In this document: piece by piece, positions 1-11,817 of the stretch
How positions within the stretch are numbered: the first letter of the stretch is position 1
How the letters are laid out: every line of letters begins with the position of its first letter
NCBI RefSeq assembly: GCF_006345805.1
Contig: NW_021835969.1
Location: forward strand, 5,146-69,145
Reading direction: 5' to 3'
Length of the DNA: 64,000 bases
From: Octopus sinensis
Lineage: Eukaryota
Position numbers and translations under genes: made by a program
The notes under the pieces: model-generated
Told to the model about the DNA's origin: nothing
What the model saw: only the letters and a program-made list of their open reading frames with translations
Databases searched by the model: none

Positions 1-174
1 GAAATAGCAGACAAAAAGTCTTGGCAACACGCTGGTGGACAGGGGAGAGTGACTTACTTTCATTCACTTTTTGAATTTGGCTGATACCATGAGTTGAAGT
101 GATATTTTCTAGTGCCTTCAAATTTAATACACAATTATTAATAATTGAGACGCAATTATTTATAATTGAAGAAT

Positions 175-265
175 CCTACGCTGATGAGGAAAATAGTCAG
201 GTAAGGTATAATTATTTATTTTTTATGCTCTATACTGGCTTAATTCCGAAACGCGCGTCCATAGG
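175..265 (+). ncRNA. Type I hammerhead ribozyme motif (Penelope pLTR-like context)
   Basis: Helix I CCTACG(175-180)/CATAGG(260-265), core CTGATGA(181-187), helix II GGAA/TTCC(188-191/244-247) with long extension, GAAA(248-251), palindromic helix III ACGCGCGT, GUC triplet (257-259). Confidence 0.75.
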
Positions 266-445
266 CAACTTAATATAGAATGATTTTCGTCATTTCTTTC
301 TCTCTTACCTGCGTCGTTTGTTTTTAAGTGCTTTGGTTTTACTGGGATCTCCCTTTAAAGTAGAAAGAATAGCCAAGACTTTTTGACTGCTATTTTTAAA
401 TTCGGTGTGTGGTGAGGCAAATCGTTGCTGAACCCTAATTACTTA

Positions 446-481
<36 letters not shown>

Positions 482-504
482 ATATATATATATATAATAT
501 ATAT

Positions 505-720
505 ATAGTTAATCCAAACAAGAAAGCACAAAAAACACAACAACGCGAGGACGTGGAACAAATATAGTATTATTGGACGCTCAGGAAGGAAGAGAAGAAG
601 GAGGGTTTAACGTTTCAAGCGGAGCTCTTCGTCGGAAACATAGGAGAAGGAAAGATCCAGAGAAGGAAGACAGAAGAAAAAAATCGCCAACGGTACACAC
701 GGGGTCACATTTTGAAATAT
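505..720 (-). mobile_element. Penelope-like terminal repeat fragment with variant hammerhead motif (605-639)
   Basis: Reverse-complement homolog of 7480-7650; contains GTTT-CCGACGA-A-GAGC-TCC-GCTT-GAAAC-GTT-AAAC. Confidence 0.55.
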
Positions 721-768
721 ATATATATATATATAATATAATATATATATATAATATATATAATATAT

Positions 769-812
<44 letters not shown>

Positions 813-842
813 GTATAGGAAAGAATGGAGCTGAACGAAGAT

Positions 843-1241
843 TTAACAAAGTTCCTTTATTTTATTTTCGACATATGTTTCGAGTCTGCAAAATCGCAAG
901 TCACCTACAGGACCGTCCCTATCCCCGGTCCAACACCGATCCTTCAAAGCTGACCCATCCGCAACTTCAAGTTCTTGCTGATCTGCCCCTAGGCCCTGTC
1001 GCCTCTTATCCATCCTTTCCAAGAATGCGTTTGTCTGCGTAATCTGGCCCCTCAACATCCCTATAATCAAGGCAAGCAAGATCTCTTCCTCTCCAGTCTG
1101 GCTACCAGTTCGTGCCTCCACCGAATCCATAGCGAACAGCCAATCGACCGCAGCAATCAGGACAATTCTACTTCTGACACCAGTTGTTACGGATCATCTG
1201 CCGTCGCTCAAACTCTTCGGAAAACCCGGGACCCTACCAAG
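843..1241 (-). mobile_element. Gypsy-type LTR retrotransposon fragment: LTR 3' end (1185-1241), PBS (1170-1182), start of gag-like ORF (843-1130)
   Basis: Minus strand reads ...CCGTAACA-AC-TGGTGTCAGAAGT, matching the 3' end of a tRNA-Leu(CAA) type primer. The LTR piece matches the end of the solo LTR at 6100-6154. The [13 protein letters not shown]... follows. Confidence 0.7.
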
Positions 1242-1392
1242 ACAGAGCATCTCTGTATATATGTATGTATATATGTATGTATATATATATGTATGTATAA
1301 AGTATGTATGTATATATATATGTATGTATGTATATATGTATATATATGTGTGTATATATATATGTATATGTACATATATATATGTATATATG

Positions 1393-1447
<55 letters not shown>

Positions 1448-1538
1448 GTGTGTGTATGTATATATATGTGTATATATATATATGTATATATATATATGTG
1501 TATATATATATGTATATATATATATATACATATATATA

Positions 1539-1902
1539 TACAAAATGTAGAGGACTGACCACTAAAAGTGGACAGCCTATATGCTAAACATAGACGTCAA
1601 ATCGCCATTTACCACGAAGAATGTGTTCTCAAGAAAAATCTCAGCAAAAAGCCAATGTGTAAAAATAAGCAAAGACACATGAAAATATACGAAATAAAAA
1701 ACGATTACCTATGTCCCAACTGGTTTCACTTGTTAATATGTACGTATTTCGAATATTTTCATGTATCTTTGCTTATTTTTACACTTTGGCTTTTTGCTGA
1801 GATTTTTCTTGAGAACACGTTCTTCGTGGTAAATGGCGATTCGACCTCTATGTTTAGTATATAGGCTGTCCACTTTTAGTGGTCAATCCTCTAAATTTTG
1901 TA
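1539..1902. repeat. Foldback: two ~158-bp inverted arms (1539-1696 / 1745-1902)
   Basis: Arms are near reverse complements; the right arm is homologous to 8620-8790, which follows the hammerhead at 8554-8618. Confidence 0.85.
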
Positions 1903-1999
1903 TGTAAAAATACTTTTTAATCTTCGGATTTTTTTAAAATACGCTAAGCCAATGGTTTTAATTGATTAATATCAATTTCTACCCTTAGTTAACTTTCCC

Positions 2000-3620
2000 T
2001 CTCATTCTCAACATCGAATCTCCTCATTCTACATCGAGTGAAAAACGGGATGGACGCTTCGATTTTGTTTTGGTGCCTCGCTCTGTTGTACACGACTATG
2101 AGGATTTGCATCCCCAACGTTTGCAGTATCGGTTAAGGTAGCAGGTTCTTAGCGAAGCTGTATATGAGTATTTAAGTAGACAAATGAATTATCTTATTAC
2201 GGATAATTCGAAAGATAACCGATACCTGGGTAGCAAACTCACAACAGAAAAAGCACGGTTGAAATTACGACCATAGGGCATAAACTCCGTGCGTTCGAGA
2301 TTAACGCGTCCCTTAAGGACATACCTAAACCACCAAAGGAAACTTTCCTTAAGGAAATTGTCTGCAAAACAAATACATTCATCAACCGAATGAGATGGCT
2401 CGCTTTCTTCCATGATAACGAGGATTTAAAACAGAACGGGACCGTAACATCATCCGAATATAAGAAGCTCTTCAAGTCGAGGGAGACACCCCCACCTAAT
2501 CCCAGACTGAAGAAATTTGAGGACGACTTATGGGACATTGTAAGGAGCATTAAATTCCGGAAGTCGCCCCTTAGGAATGAACACCTTAGATACCTCAGGA
2601 AAATCACTAAGGATATTAACAGCTCAGACGGAAGCCTGGTCCAATCTGATAAAACAAGGAATACTTACAAGCTACCTATAAACCAGTATTTAGAACTACT
2701 CAAGAAAGAAATCCAGAAGAATTACAGAACTACAAATAAGAATACACTTAGAAGAGTCAATTTGGAGATTAAGGAAATTATGGTAAATTATGGGCTTCAA
2801 ATGAAAACACAACCGCTTAACCCAAGGCAACCTAGATTCATCGTTAAGGACCACAAACCAAATTTTCACACCAATCCAGCATTAAGGCTCATATGCCCTT
2901 CTAGTTCCGACATCGGTTCCATCAGTAAGTACATTTTAGACAAATACATACCTAGATTAATTAATAAGCTTAAGCTTAACCTTTGGCGAGCTCCTCGCAA
3001 GTCGTAAATTGGTTTTCTTCCATTTCTAATAAAAACAGAACTAAGTTCATTCAGTTCGATATTGCTAATTTCTATCCCTCGATAAACCCTAGTGTACTCA
3101 ATAAGGCCCTATGGCATGCGCATAATAAGGCAGGCCTCACAAGGGAGGAAATTAATATAATTCTAGTGGCTAGAAAATCCTTTATACAGTTTGAAGATAA
3201 GTTATGGGTGCGTAAGGATACTCCCAACGAGTTTGATGTGCCAATGGGAAGCTCAGATAGCGCCCAGATAGCCGATTTGGTCGGAATCTATATTCTCTAT
3301 GAATTAGCCGACCAATTCCCGGACATCTGCGGCGGTCTATATCGTGACGATTGTCTGTTTTACCTACAGAATGCCCCGAACAGAATGATACAGAAAACTA
3401 AAAATAGATTAGCTAGGTTCTTTAGTAGGATGGGCATGAACATAGTTTTCGACAACGAACTAACTAAGGCCAATTTCTTAGATGTTACACTAAATCTGCA
3501 TAGCAATTCTTACTGCCCCTACCATAAACCTTCCACAAACCTAAAATATGTCAGTGTTTTCTCTAACCACGCAAAAACTATAACAGATAATTTAGTTAAA
3601 AATATTTCTTTAAGATTATA
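2000..3620 (+). mobile_element. Penelope-like retroelement, frameshifted RT, truncated before the GIY-YIG domain
   Basis: ORFs 2390-3007 and 2983-3765: FINRMRWLAFF, KDHKP..LRLI, FIQFDIANFYPSI, VPMGS, GGLYRDD, FLDV; runs into a TA/CA microsatellite at ~3620. Confidence 0.85.
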
Positions 3621-3657
3621 TATACACATATATATACATACACATATATATATACAC

Positions 3658-3732
<75 letters not shown>

Positions 3733-3744
3733 TATATATATATA

Positions 3745-5033
3745 CGAGGGGCGTTCAATAAGTAATGCCCCTGACCCACTTCCCATAGCAGTAGAGCAAC
3801 GAAACTTGGCACAGTTATTAGTCTTTTTCTACATAGGAACCACCCAGAGTTACGCATTTCTGCCATCGTTTGATGCGGCTCTGGAGACCGTTTTTGTAGA
3901 AGAACCCAGCTTGGTCCTCTAACCTCAACGTGACTTCAGAAATCAAGGCTGCATCATCTGGGAACGCTTTCCTTTCAAAAACAACTTCATGATTGGGAAG
4001 AGGTGAAAATCAGAGGGTGCAAGGTCAGGAAAGTAGGGGGGATGGGGAGGAGTTCATAGCCATACGCCTGTGCTTCTGATCTGGCGACAAGCGAGTTGTG
4101 GACCGGAGCGTTGTCCTGCAGGAGGAGGATGCCTTTGCTGATCTTGCCCGCCTCTTGATTTTGATAGCTTCTCTTAATTTCATCAAAAGTGAAGCATAAT
4201 AGGCTCCTGCAATTGTGGTACCCTTTGCCAGGAAATCTGTCATCACTACTCCGTCCTGGTCCCAGAAGACTGTGAGCATGACCTTGCCAGCGGAGGGCTG
4301 CACCCTTGCCTTCTTTGGAGGGGGTGAGTCACGGTGCTTCCACTGCATTGACTGGGCTTTGGTCTCTGGATCATCGTGATGGACCCACGTTTCATCCTCT
4401 GTAATCAATCTTTTGAATAATTTTGACTCATCTTCTTGGCACATCTCCAAATTCACCCACGAGCACTCGACGCGTTCTTGCTTCTGGAAAGGCGTGAGCA
4501 ACCTGGGAATCCATCTGGCAGACACCTTTTGCATATGCAAATGGTCATGAATGATAGTTTCCACAGACCCGGTACTAATCTTGACCTCATGGGCTATTTG
4601 GCGAATAATTATGCGTCGATCTTCCAAAATGGCAGCCACAACTTGACGGACAGATGCCTCATCAATGGCAGAAGGGGGCGACCAGATCTGGGAGCTGTTT
4701 CCACAGAGTTCCGACCATGTTTGAATTCACGATGCCAGCGTTTTACAAGGTCATATGATGGGGCATCATCACCATCAGTTACTTTCATTTCATCAAAAGT
4801 CTCCCGTGGTGTGCGTCCTTTCAAATACAAAAACCGGATCACTGCTCGACACTCAACAGACTCCATTTCACACTTGACTCGGTTCAAACACCTGTAAATC
4901 AGAAACCACAATTAATTCAGAGCTGTAATTTGCCACTTACTCTATAGAGATATAAATGATTGCACATGCAAAATTTCAGCTAGATCTAACAACTGCAAGT
5001 GGGTCAGAGGCATTACTTATTGAACGTCCCTCG
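3745..5033 (-). mobile_element. Mariner (Tc1/mariner) DNA transposon, full length, disrupted transposase (~3818-4866)
   Basis: 37-bp TIRs CGAGGG(G/A)CGTTCAATAAGTAATGCC(C/T)CTGACCCACTT with 2 mismatches, TA on both sides. Peptides MESVECRAVIRF, WIPRLLT, DETW, VFWD, YFPDLAPSDF are split across frames. Confidence 0.95.
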
Positions 5034-5140
5034 TACATATATATATATACACATATATATATACATATATACATACATACATATATATATACATACTTAT
5101 ATACATACATATATACATACATATATACATACATACATAG

Positions 5141-6154
5141 TGTTATGGAGGTCAGTTCGGAAACTGAGTGCTACGACCTACTTTTTGTGAGCTGGCGTCA
5201 AGTAGGCGAGTAAATCCTTTGTTCCGTCAGATTCTGGAAGGATTGATGAGTTTTGAGGAGACCTTTGGCCTTGTTCCGGTCAAGGAAAGTTCGAGGAGTT
5301 ACCCTATAAAAAAGCAGGAGCTGTGAGTCTGTGGGACAGTCGGCCGGCAGTTCTGGCCAGAAACGGAAGCGATACGGACGGTCAGCCAAGAAGGTGGCAA
5401 TGATACGAAATCGGTCAGTTGAGAAAGACAGACAGACAATCTGAGGGATGACAAACCCGAGAATGACAGTGAATGTGAAAGAGGAAGACAGGCAGATAGG
5501 ATTACAGCGAGAGGCCATGACAGCGTAGAGGAAGACAGACAGATAGGATTAAGGAGCTAAGAGAGAGGGACTACGGTACGAGGGCACTGGCTATTGTAGT
5601 AGCTCGTAACGGTATGTTTATTTATGTTTTGATATGTGAAAAGAACTGTTACAGAATTGCGGAAAGCAAAGAAAGAACTGTAAAGACATTGTGAAAAGAG
5701 TTGTTGAAAAGAAAGAAAGAAGGAGAAAGACTCTAATGTATTGAACTGTATCGTTAATGTGAACATTATTTGTTTTAATTGAACTGAACCGATTTGTCTC
5801 TGAACTGTTATTGTAACTGCATGCTTTGGTTTGTTGTTTCCTTGTTTTCTTGCACGTATTTTCTTTGATGTATTTGATGTAATAATTGTTATAAACTATT
5901 GTTGCTAAACGTAGGCCAAATTGCCTTCCGCCGTGTCTCTGTGTCTCTTCCCGCTGTCGTTGTTTGTTGTTGTTCTCTCCGGTCGCCGGTTGCCGAGTTC
6001 GCTGCCGCCTTCCCTCACCGAATTCTCTCTCTCTCTCTCTCTCTGTGTCCGTGGCGAATTCACCGTTCGATCGAGCCAGTCGATCGTCGTCGCTCGACTT
6101 GGTAGGGTCCCGGGTTTTCCGAAGAGTTTGAGCGACGGCAGGTGGTTCGTAACA
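5141..6154 (+). mobile_element. Putative solo LTR (~1.0 kb)
   Basis: TGTTA...TAACA termini; 3' end matches the LTR end next to the PBS at 1185-1241; no PBS follows; no clear TSD (microsatellite flanks). Confidence 0.65.
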
Positions 6155-6175
6155 ACACACACACACACACACACT

Positions 6176-6272
<97 letters not shown>

Positions 6273-7479
6273 TATGAAGTGACTAATGTTGCTAGTAAGC
6301 AGCAGCTAGAAATAAGAGTCAGAATGACTTTTACCATCTTATTGTTTAAACCAATGAACCAATATTCACGAAGCTTTCCGTTCATGTTACGCTAACTTTC
6401 AGTTAAGTGATAAGTTAATTGGATTCCTATAAAAATCTATAACGTGCAACCCAGGGGCATTGGAACAAATAAAATTATAAAATGATAAAGTTGCAAAACG
6501 TATTAATTTGACGGAAAGAGAGTATCAAAGAGAGAGGGAGACTTCTATCAGTGAAGGCGAGAACATCAGCAAGAATGGAATTTTAATGTTAATATAGCTG
6601 TCATATACACGCGACGCTGCATACATACTTTTGTAAAAACATTGATACAACACACACATACACAGAGAAGGGTGTATTTTATGAAAACGTAGCTTTCATG
6701 AGAGACAGAGTGGGTGGCTTTTCTGAAGTTTATGGGCAAAGAAACACTCACACATAGACACACGCATACATATGAATATATACATACATGGTACATGCAT
6801 ATGTCTATTATACATTTTAAACTCGTGATTCCCTGTGTGTACGTATTTAAACGTGTGTGTGTGTAACACATCCTATAACTGTCTGTCTCTCTAATTTTGT
6901 TGGGACATCCCTGTTACTGTCACATATTTTGAGAGTCTACAACTAGGTCAATATTTCCAAGTTTAGTAACTTGAAATAACTTTGTTATTTATTTGTTGCA
7001 GAAAAGTTGCAGGAAAAGGTTACTGAGGTTTAAAGTTTAACAAATATTACCTAATCATAAAACAGGATTTAGAAGCTGGCATTTTCGGCATGATAGCTGA
7101 CTATCACGAAATGAAAGCAAAATCATAAGTTGGAGGAATATTTATTAAACCAACGAAAGCAAAGCATTACGTGTGCCAAAGTTGTAAGAACTTATAAGTT
7201 ATTAAATAATTTCTAAAGGCAAAAAATATCCTCAATGATGATTCTTGGCGAAAAATTGCACAAATCTGTCCTGATTAAGAGGCCTATCTATCAGGGAAGG
7301 CAAGATCTGACACAGAATAAATTTAAAACATCATATAAGAAATAATATTTTAAGCTAGGACTTTATTTATTGATCTGTCTAATTGCTAATACTTACATTT
7401 ACTTACATACTTACAGACACACACATATGTATATATCTACGATCTCTTCAGCACCACCAGCAAAAAAATTTTTTTCCTG

Positions 7480-7650
7480 TGTCTTCCCTTCTCGGGATCT
7501 TTCCTTCTCCTTTGTTTCCGACGAAGAGCTCCGCTCGAAACGTTAAACCCTCCTTCCCTTCTTTCCTGAGCGTCAAATAATACTTTAATTGTTCCACGTC
7601 CTCGCGTTGCTGTGTTTTTTCTGTGTTTTCTTGTTTGGATTAACTATATA
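7480..7650 (+). mobile_element. Penelope-like terminal repeat fragment with variant hammerhead motif (7514-7548)
   Basis: GTTT|CCGACGA-A|GAGC-TCC-GCTC|GAAAC-GTT|AAAC; homologous to 505-720. Confidence 0.55.
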
Positions 7651-7694
7651 TATATATATGTGTACACATGCATGTATGTATGTATGTGTATGTC

Positions 7695-8250
7695 AGGTCA
7701 CTTTCGAGTGTTACTGGTAACATGTAACCCAGTATAACCTGTTGCATGGTCAGGTCATTGGCGACTAAACCGGCAACCCCACCAAGCTTGCTTGGTGAGG
7801 AGGGTGTTTATTGGACACCCTGCCGGATGAAAAACATAAACCTGCAAAGGGCGGAGGAACTCTTGAGAGTCAACGGCCATCCAATAAATGTCTTAAGGCT
7901 GTATCATGCGCGGGGACATAGAAATAATCGGACTGAATACCCGATCGCGCTGTTAAACCATTGGGAGTGAAGGACTCCTAGCCTTTGTTAGGGCATCCTT
8001 CTAGGAGAAGGTAACTCAGGTAACTGGGATAACTCCAACACCAACATAAAAACCTGCGGCTCAGTGGTTACCGATGATGTCGACTTGCTTCTTTTCGGAT
8101 TATGGCTACTGTTGCTTAGAAAGTGGGATTGATTCAGTGCACAACCTTTCCTCACTTTAAAAGATATCTTCTTGCACAGGCATTGCACGATAACAACATT
8201 GATTAAGCTTCGTGCAATGGCCATACTCGATAACGAGGGGGCAGCCACCA
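7695..8250 (+). mobile_element. Interspersed repeat resembling an RTE-type LINE 5' UTR
   Basis: GC-richer island with several hairpins and GGCATCCTTCTAGGAGAAGGTAACTC, recalled as RTE 5' UTR-like; no coding motif confirms it. Confidence 0.35.
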
Positions 8251-8296
8251 TGTATGTATGTATGAATGTATCTATCTATCTATATATATATATATA

Positions 8297-8376
<80 letters not shown>

Positions 8377-8553
8377 CATTTGGATATCGGAACCTAAATC
8401 TTTTTCAGTGTGTGTGAGCGCATCCGATCTCAGCGCGCCAAAGTGAAGGCATTTGAAAGATACACAAAAATATAATCGGTTGGACTCCATGCAGGAGAGA
8501 CTCCGGTCAAACGTTTTTGCATCTAGTCCTGCAAATTGTATTCTTTTGACAGA

Positions 8554-8618
8554 CTATGCTGACGAGATTACAGTTTATCCTTGCGGATATTAATAATCGA
8601 AACTGATTCAGTACATGG
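8554..8618 (+). ncRNA. Type I hammerhead ribozyme motif with intact core
   Basis: Helix I CTATG/CATGG, core CTGACGA(8559-8565), helix II GATTA/TAATC extended by TATCC-TTGC-GGATA, GAAA(8599-8602), helix III ACTG-ATT-CAGT, GUA triplet with predicted cleavage after 8613. Confidence 0.8.
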
Positions 8619-8846
8619 GTAATCATTTTTATTTCGTATATTTTCATTTGTCTTGCTTATTATTAATGCTTTGGTTTTGTGCTGAGTTTTTATTTGAGAA
8701 CATATTCTTTGTGGAAAATAGCGATTTGACGTCTATATCTAGCATGTTGACCGGCCACTTTTTGAGTGGTCAGTCCTTTAAATTTTGTATGTACATATCT
8801 ATGTAAACACATGCAAACATAAAAAGACACCCATTCGCACACACAG

Positions 8847-8882
<36 letters not shown>

Positions 8883-9139
8883 GTGTGCGCGCGCGCGTAT
8901 GTGTGTGTTTGAAATTAAATTCGAGCAAACACCGACATTTTACTCAATAACACAGAGAAACAATCAATGTTTTGTTTAGAGTATGCTTTAATGAATTAGA
9001 TTAATTTATTCAATTAATAAAAAGACAAGAGGAAACGAAATTATGTTAATATAATAATATGTAAGAGACATATTTGGATGACGAGATCGTCTTTTCCGTG
9101 AAGATGACCCGGTGTGGAAGTTACGTAATAAACGGTGAG

Positions 9140-9207
9140 TCAGGTCATACAGAGATCAATCAGACGGACGATGTCATGCCAGGAATGTGATCGACAGAGA
9201 TGTTCTG
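9140..9207 (-). CDS. Candidate terminal coding exon of the EGF-repeat gene (AEHLCRSHSWHDIVRLIDLCMT*)
   Basis: CAG(CAG) acceptor, CTAAC branch-like motif ~21 nt upstream, open in phase 1 as required after an EGF exon, stop at 9140-9142, AATAAA at 9005-9010; weak pyrimidine tract. Confidence 0.4.
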
Positions 9208-9424
9208 CTGTGAATATTTTTTAATTCGTTAGAATTAGACGATAGCTGAAAATAAGAAGGAAATAAAAAAATATAAGTAAAAATAAAAATGTGACACTAT
9301 ACAATAACGTAACAAGCAAACGACATTCTAATGGAGTACCCCACAAAAAGGGGTTTATTATATACTTATAAGGCCATGATAACAAATGCTGACTTTCATG
9401 TAGGCCCTTGGGCGGAGGGATTTT

Positions 9425-9590
9425 TTAGTATGATTCCTTTTCACGGTAAACAGAGTTTGCAGATCCTACGGATGGTAAGTCTGCTCTGCTCTGACACACT
9501 CCACTTGGCGTTGTATTGTGCAGTGGTTTCTTTCAACGTCCATACATGTCTTGCCAAAGTTGTAGTGTAATTCCTTCATTGAATATTCGG
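9425..9590 (-). mobile_element. Degenerate Penelope GIY-YIG C-terminal fragment
   Basis: Translates TTLARHVWTLKE...YNAKWSV...ICKLCL, the typical L.KHVW.LK..Y...W...C.LCL tail of PLE ORFs. Confidence 0.6.
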
Positions 9591-9719
9591 TGAGAACTAA
9601 AGAAAACTTTAGAAAATATGCTGAAAACTCGAAACCTCAAAAATTGATAACATCACCGTCGCCGTCGCCCTGCTCGTCGTCGTTGTTCTCTTTCTTCTCC
9701 TCCTCCTTCTCCTCTTCAT

Positions 9720-9758
<39 letters not shown>

Positions 9759-9837
9759 TATTATTATTATTATTATTATAATTAGTATAATTATTATTAT
9801 TATTATTATAATTATTATTATTATTATTATTATTATT

Positions 9838-11560
9838 CTTTCAAATTTGCTTCCATTTCTTGCCGAGTGTCTTCCCGACTCCTAGGGCAAAGAAACTCAT
9901 AGTGTATATTGGTAGGCCATTAAACCAAACTCAGTAGTTCGTTAATTTTTTTTTATTATTTTTTTTTTTTTTAAGTTAAATTAAAATACATGAGCAGCAA
10001 CAGTTCTCACATCGACAATGCTCTTCTCAATACGTGTGATGTACCAGTTAAGACAATCTTTTGCACTTCTTGCAGGGATGGTAAGCCAGGGATCATTCTC
10101 ATATAATTTTCGGTTCCCTTCTTGATCATTCCTAGTGCTCCTACGATCACTGGTATTGTAACCGCCTTGAGATGCCACATTTTCTCAATTTCAATGAGTA
10201 GGTCTTTATATTTTCTGAGCTTGTCAAACTCTTTCGCTGAGATATTATGATCACAGGGGATGCTCATGTCGATCAATAAGCAAACTTTATTGTTTTGGTC
10301 TTTCACAACAATATCTGGTTTATTGGCCTTGATGGTTCGGTCTGTATGTACTGGAAAGTCCCACAGAATGGTTACATTTTCTCCTTCAGTTACAGCCTCA
10401 GGGTGGTGATTATACCACTTGTCGGCAGTTTTGATATTGTAATGCCGACTTATTAGCCAGTGTAGATATTGGCCAACTCTGTCATGTCTTAATTTATACT
10501 CCACTGGTGCTAAGACTTTACATCCAGAGATTAGGTGGTCCACTGTCTCAATCATGTCGTTGCAGAATCGGCATTTTGGGTCTGCTCCATTTTTCATCAC
10601 ATTGGCCTGGTAGTTCCGGGTTGATAGGCTTTGGTCTTGAGCAGCCAGGATGAAACCTTCGCTCTCTGCTTTTAGCCCTGAGCTCCGCAGCCACTGATGG
10701 GTTTGCTTCTGGTCAACATCAGCTTGTTTGCTGCGGGTCACATATTTGCCGTGCAGAGGTTTCTCCTCCCACCTATCAGCCAATTGCTCGTGCGCTTTTT
10801 TCATTGCCATCATTTTCACCTTCTTTGCAACAATAGTTGCCGTACTTCCCTCTGGTTGTTCAGTTTGGGTATCCTGCACGAGATCAATAGCAAATTTTTT
10901 GCTTTCCTTTATGATAGAATGAAGCTTCTTTCGTCTCTCGTGATTTTCCACGAGCTTTAGCATCCAGTCATTCGATATTTCGAGATATTTGGCCAGTCCA
11001 ATTGTAGTTGTTTTGTAAGCTAGTTCAAATTGGATCAGGCCTCGACCTCCTTGGGCTCTGGGAAGGTAAAGGCGATCTACGTCTGCCTTTGGGTGGTGCA
11101 TCCTATTACAACTCAGCAGCTTGCGTATTTTTCTATCTATATTCTTTACTTCACTCATATTCCAGTTCAACACATTGTAGCTATAAGTAACAACTGGAAC
11201 TGCTAGGGAATTTATAGCTAACACCTTGTTACGTGCATTTAGTTCAGATTTCAGGACTGCACGAACTCTCCTATAACATTCCTTCCTGATTTTCTCTTTC
11301 ATTCTTGCATGCTGAATACCAGAGCCTTCATTTATCCCTAAATATTTGTATGTTTGTTCTTGCTCAAGCTCTCTTATGACTGTGTCAACATCTAACACGA
11401 CTGAATTTGTGGTCTTCACTTTCCCTTTCTGGAAAGTGGCCTTGGCACACTTCTCAAGTCCAAACTCCATCCCGATGTCATCGCTGAATGATTTCACAGT
11501 GCACAATAGGCCTTCAAGTTCATTATTGTCTTTACCATAAAGTTTTAAGTCATCCATATA
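9838..11560 (-). mobile_element. R4/Dong-type non-LTR retrotransposon, family 1, 5'-truncated, in TAA tract
   Basis: ORF 10007-11557: MDDLKLY, CCHC finger CRFC..ETVDHLISGC, RLE NKPDIVV..LIDMSIP..KYKDL, ends RRALSM; TAA repeats on both sides. Confidence 0.9.
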
Positions 11561-11564
11561 ATTA

Positions 11565-11636
<72 letters not shown>

Positions 11637-11650
11637 TATTATTATTATTA

Positions 11651-11700
11651 TTCAGTAGTTTTATTTTTATATCGTGTTTTCACTTCATTACCGACGCAGA
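11651..11700 (-). mobile_element. R4/Dong family 3 extreme 3' stub
   Basis: Matches the 3' terminus TCAGTAGTTTTATTTTTATA.CGTG.TTTCACTTC shared by family 3 copies. Confidence 0.6.
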
Positions 11701-11727
11701 TTCTTCTTCTTCTTCTTCTTCTTCTTC

Positions 11728-11787
<60 letters not shown>

Positions 11788-11817
11788 TATTATTATTATT
11801 ATTATTTTTCCTTATTT

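Noticed and set aside
309-427. Possible minus-strand exon (open frame QRFASPHTEF..., CAG|GTAAGA donor)
   Set aside because: Weak acceptor, no recognisable domain, and it overlaps an inverted repeat tied to the hammerhead-bearing repeat.
7695-7860. Possible HDV-like ribozyme at an RTE-like 5' end
   Set aside because: Hairpins are present but I could not build the nested double pseudoknot by eye.
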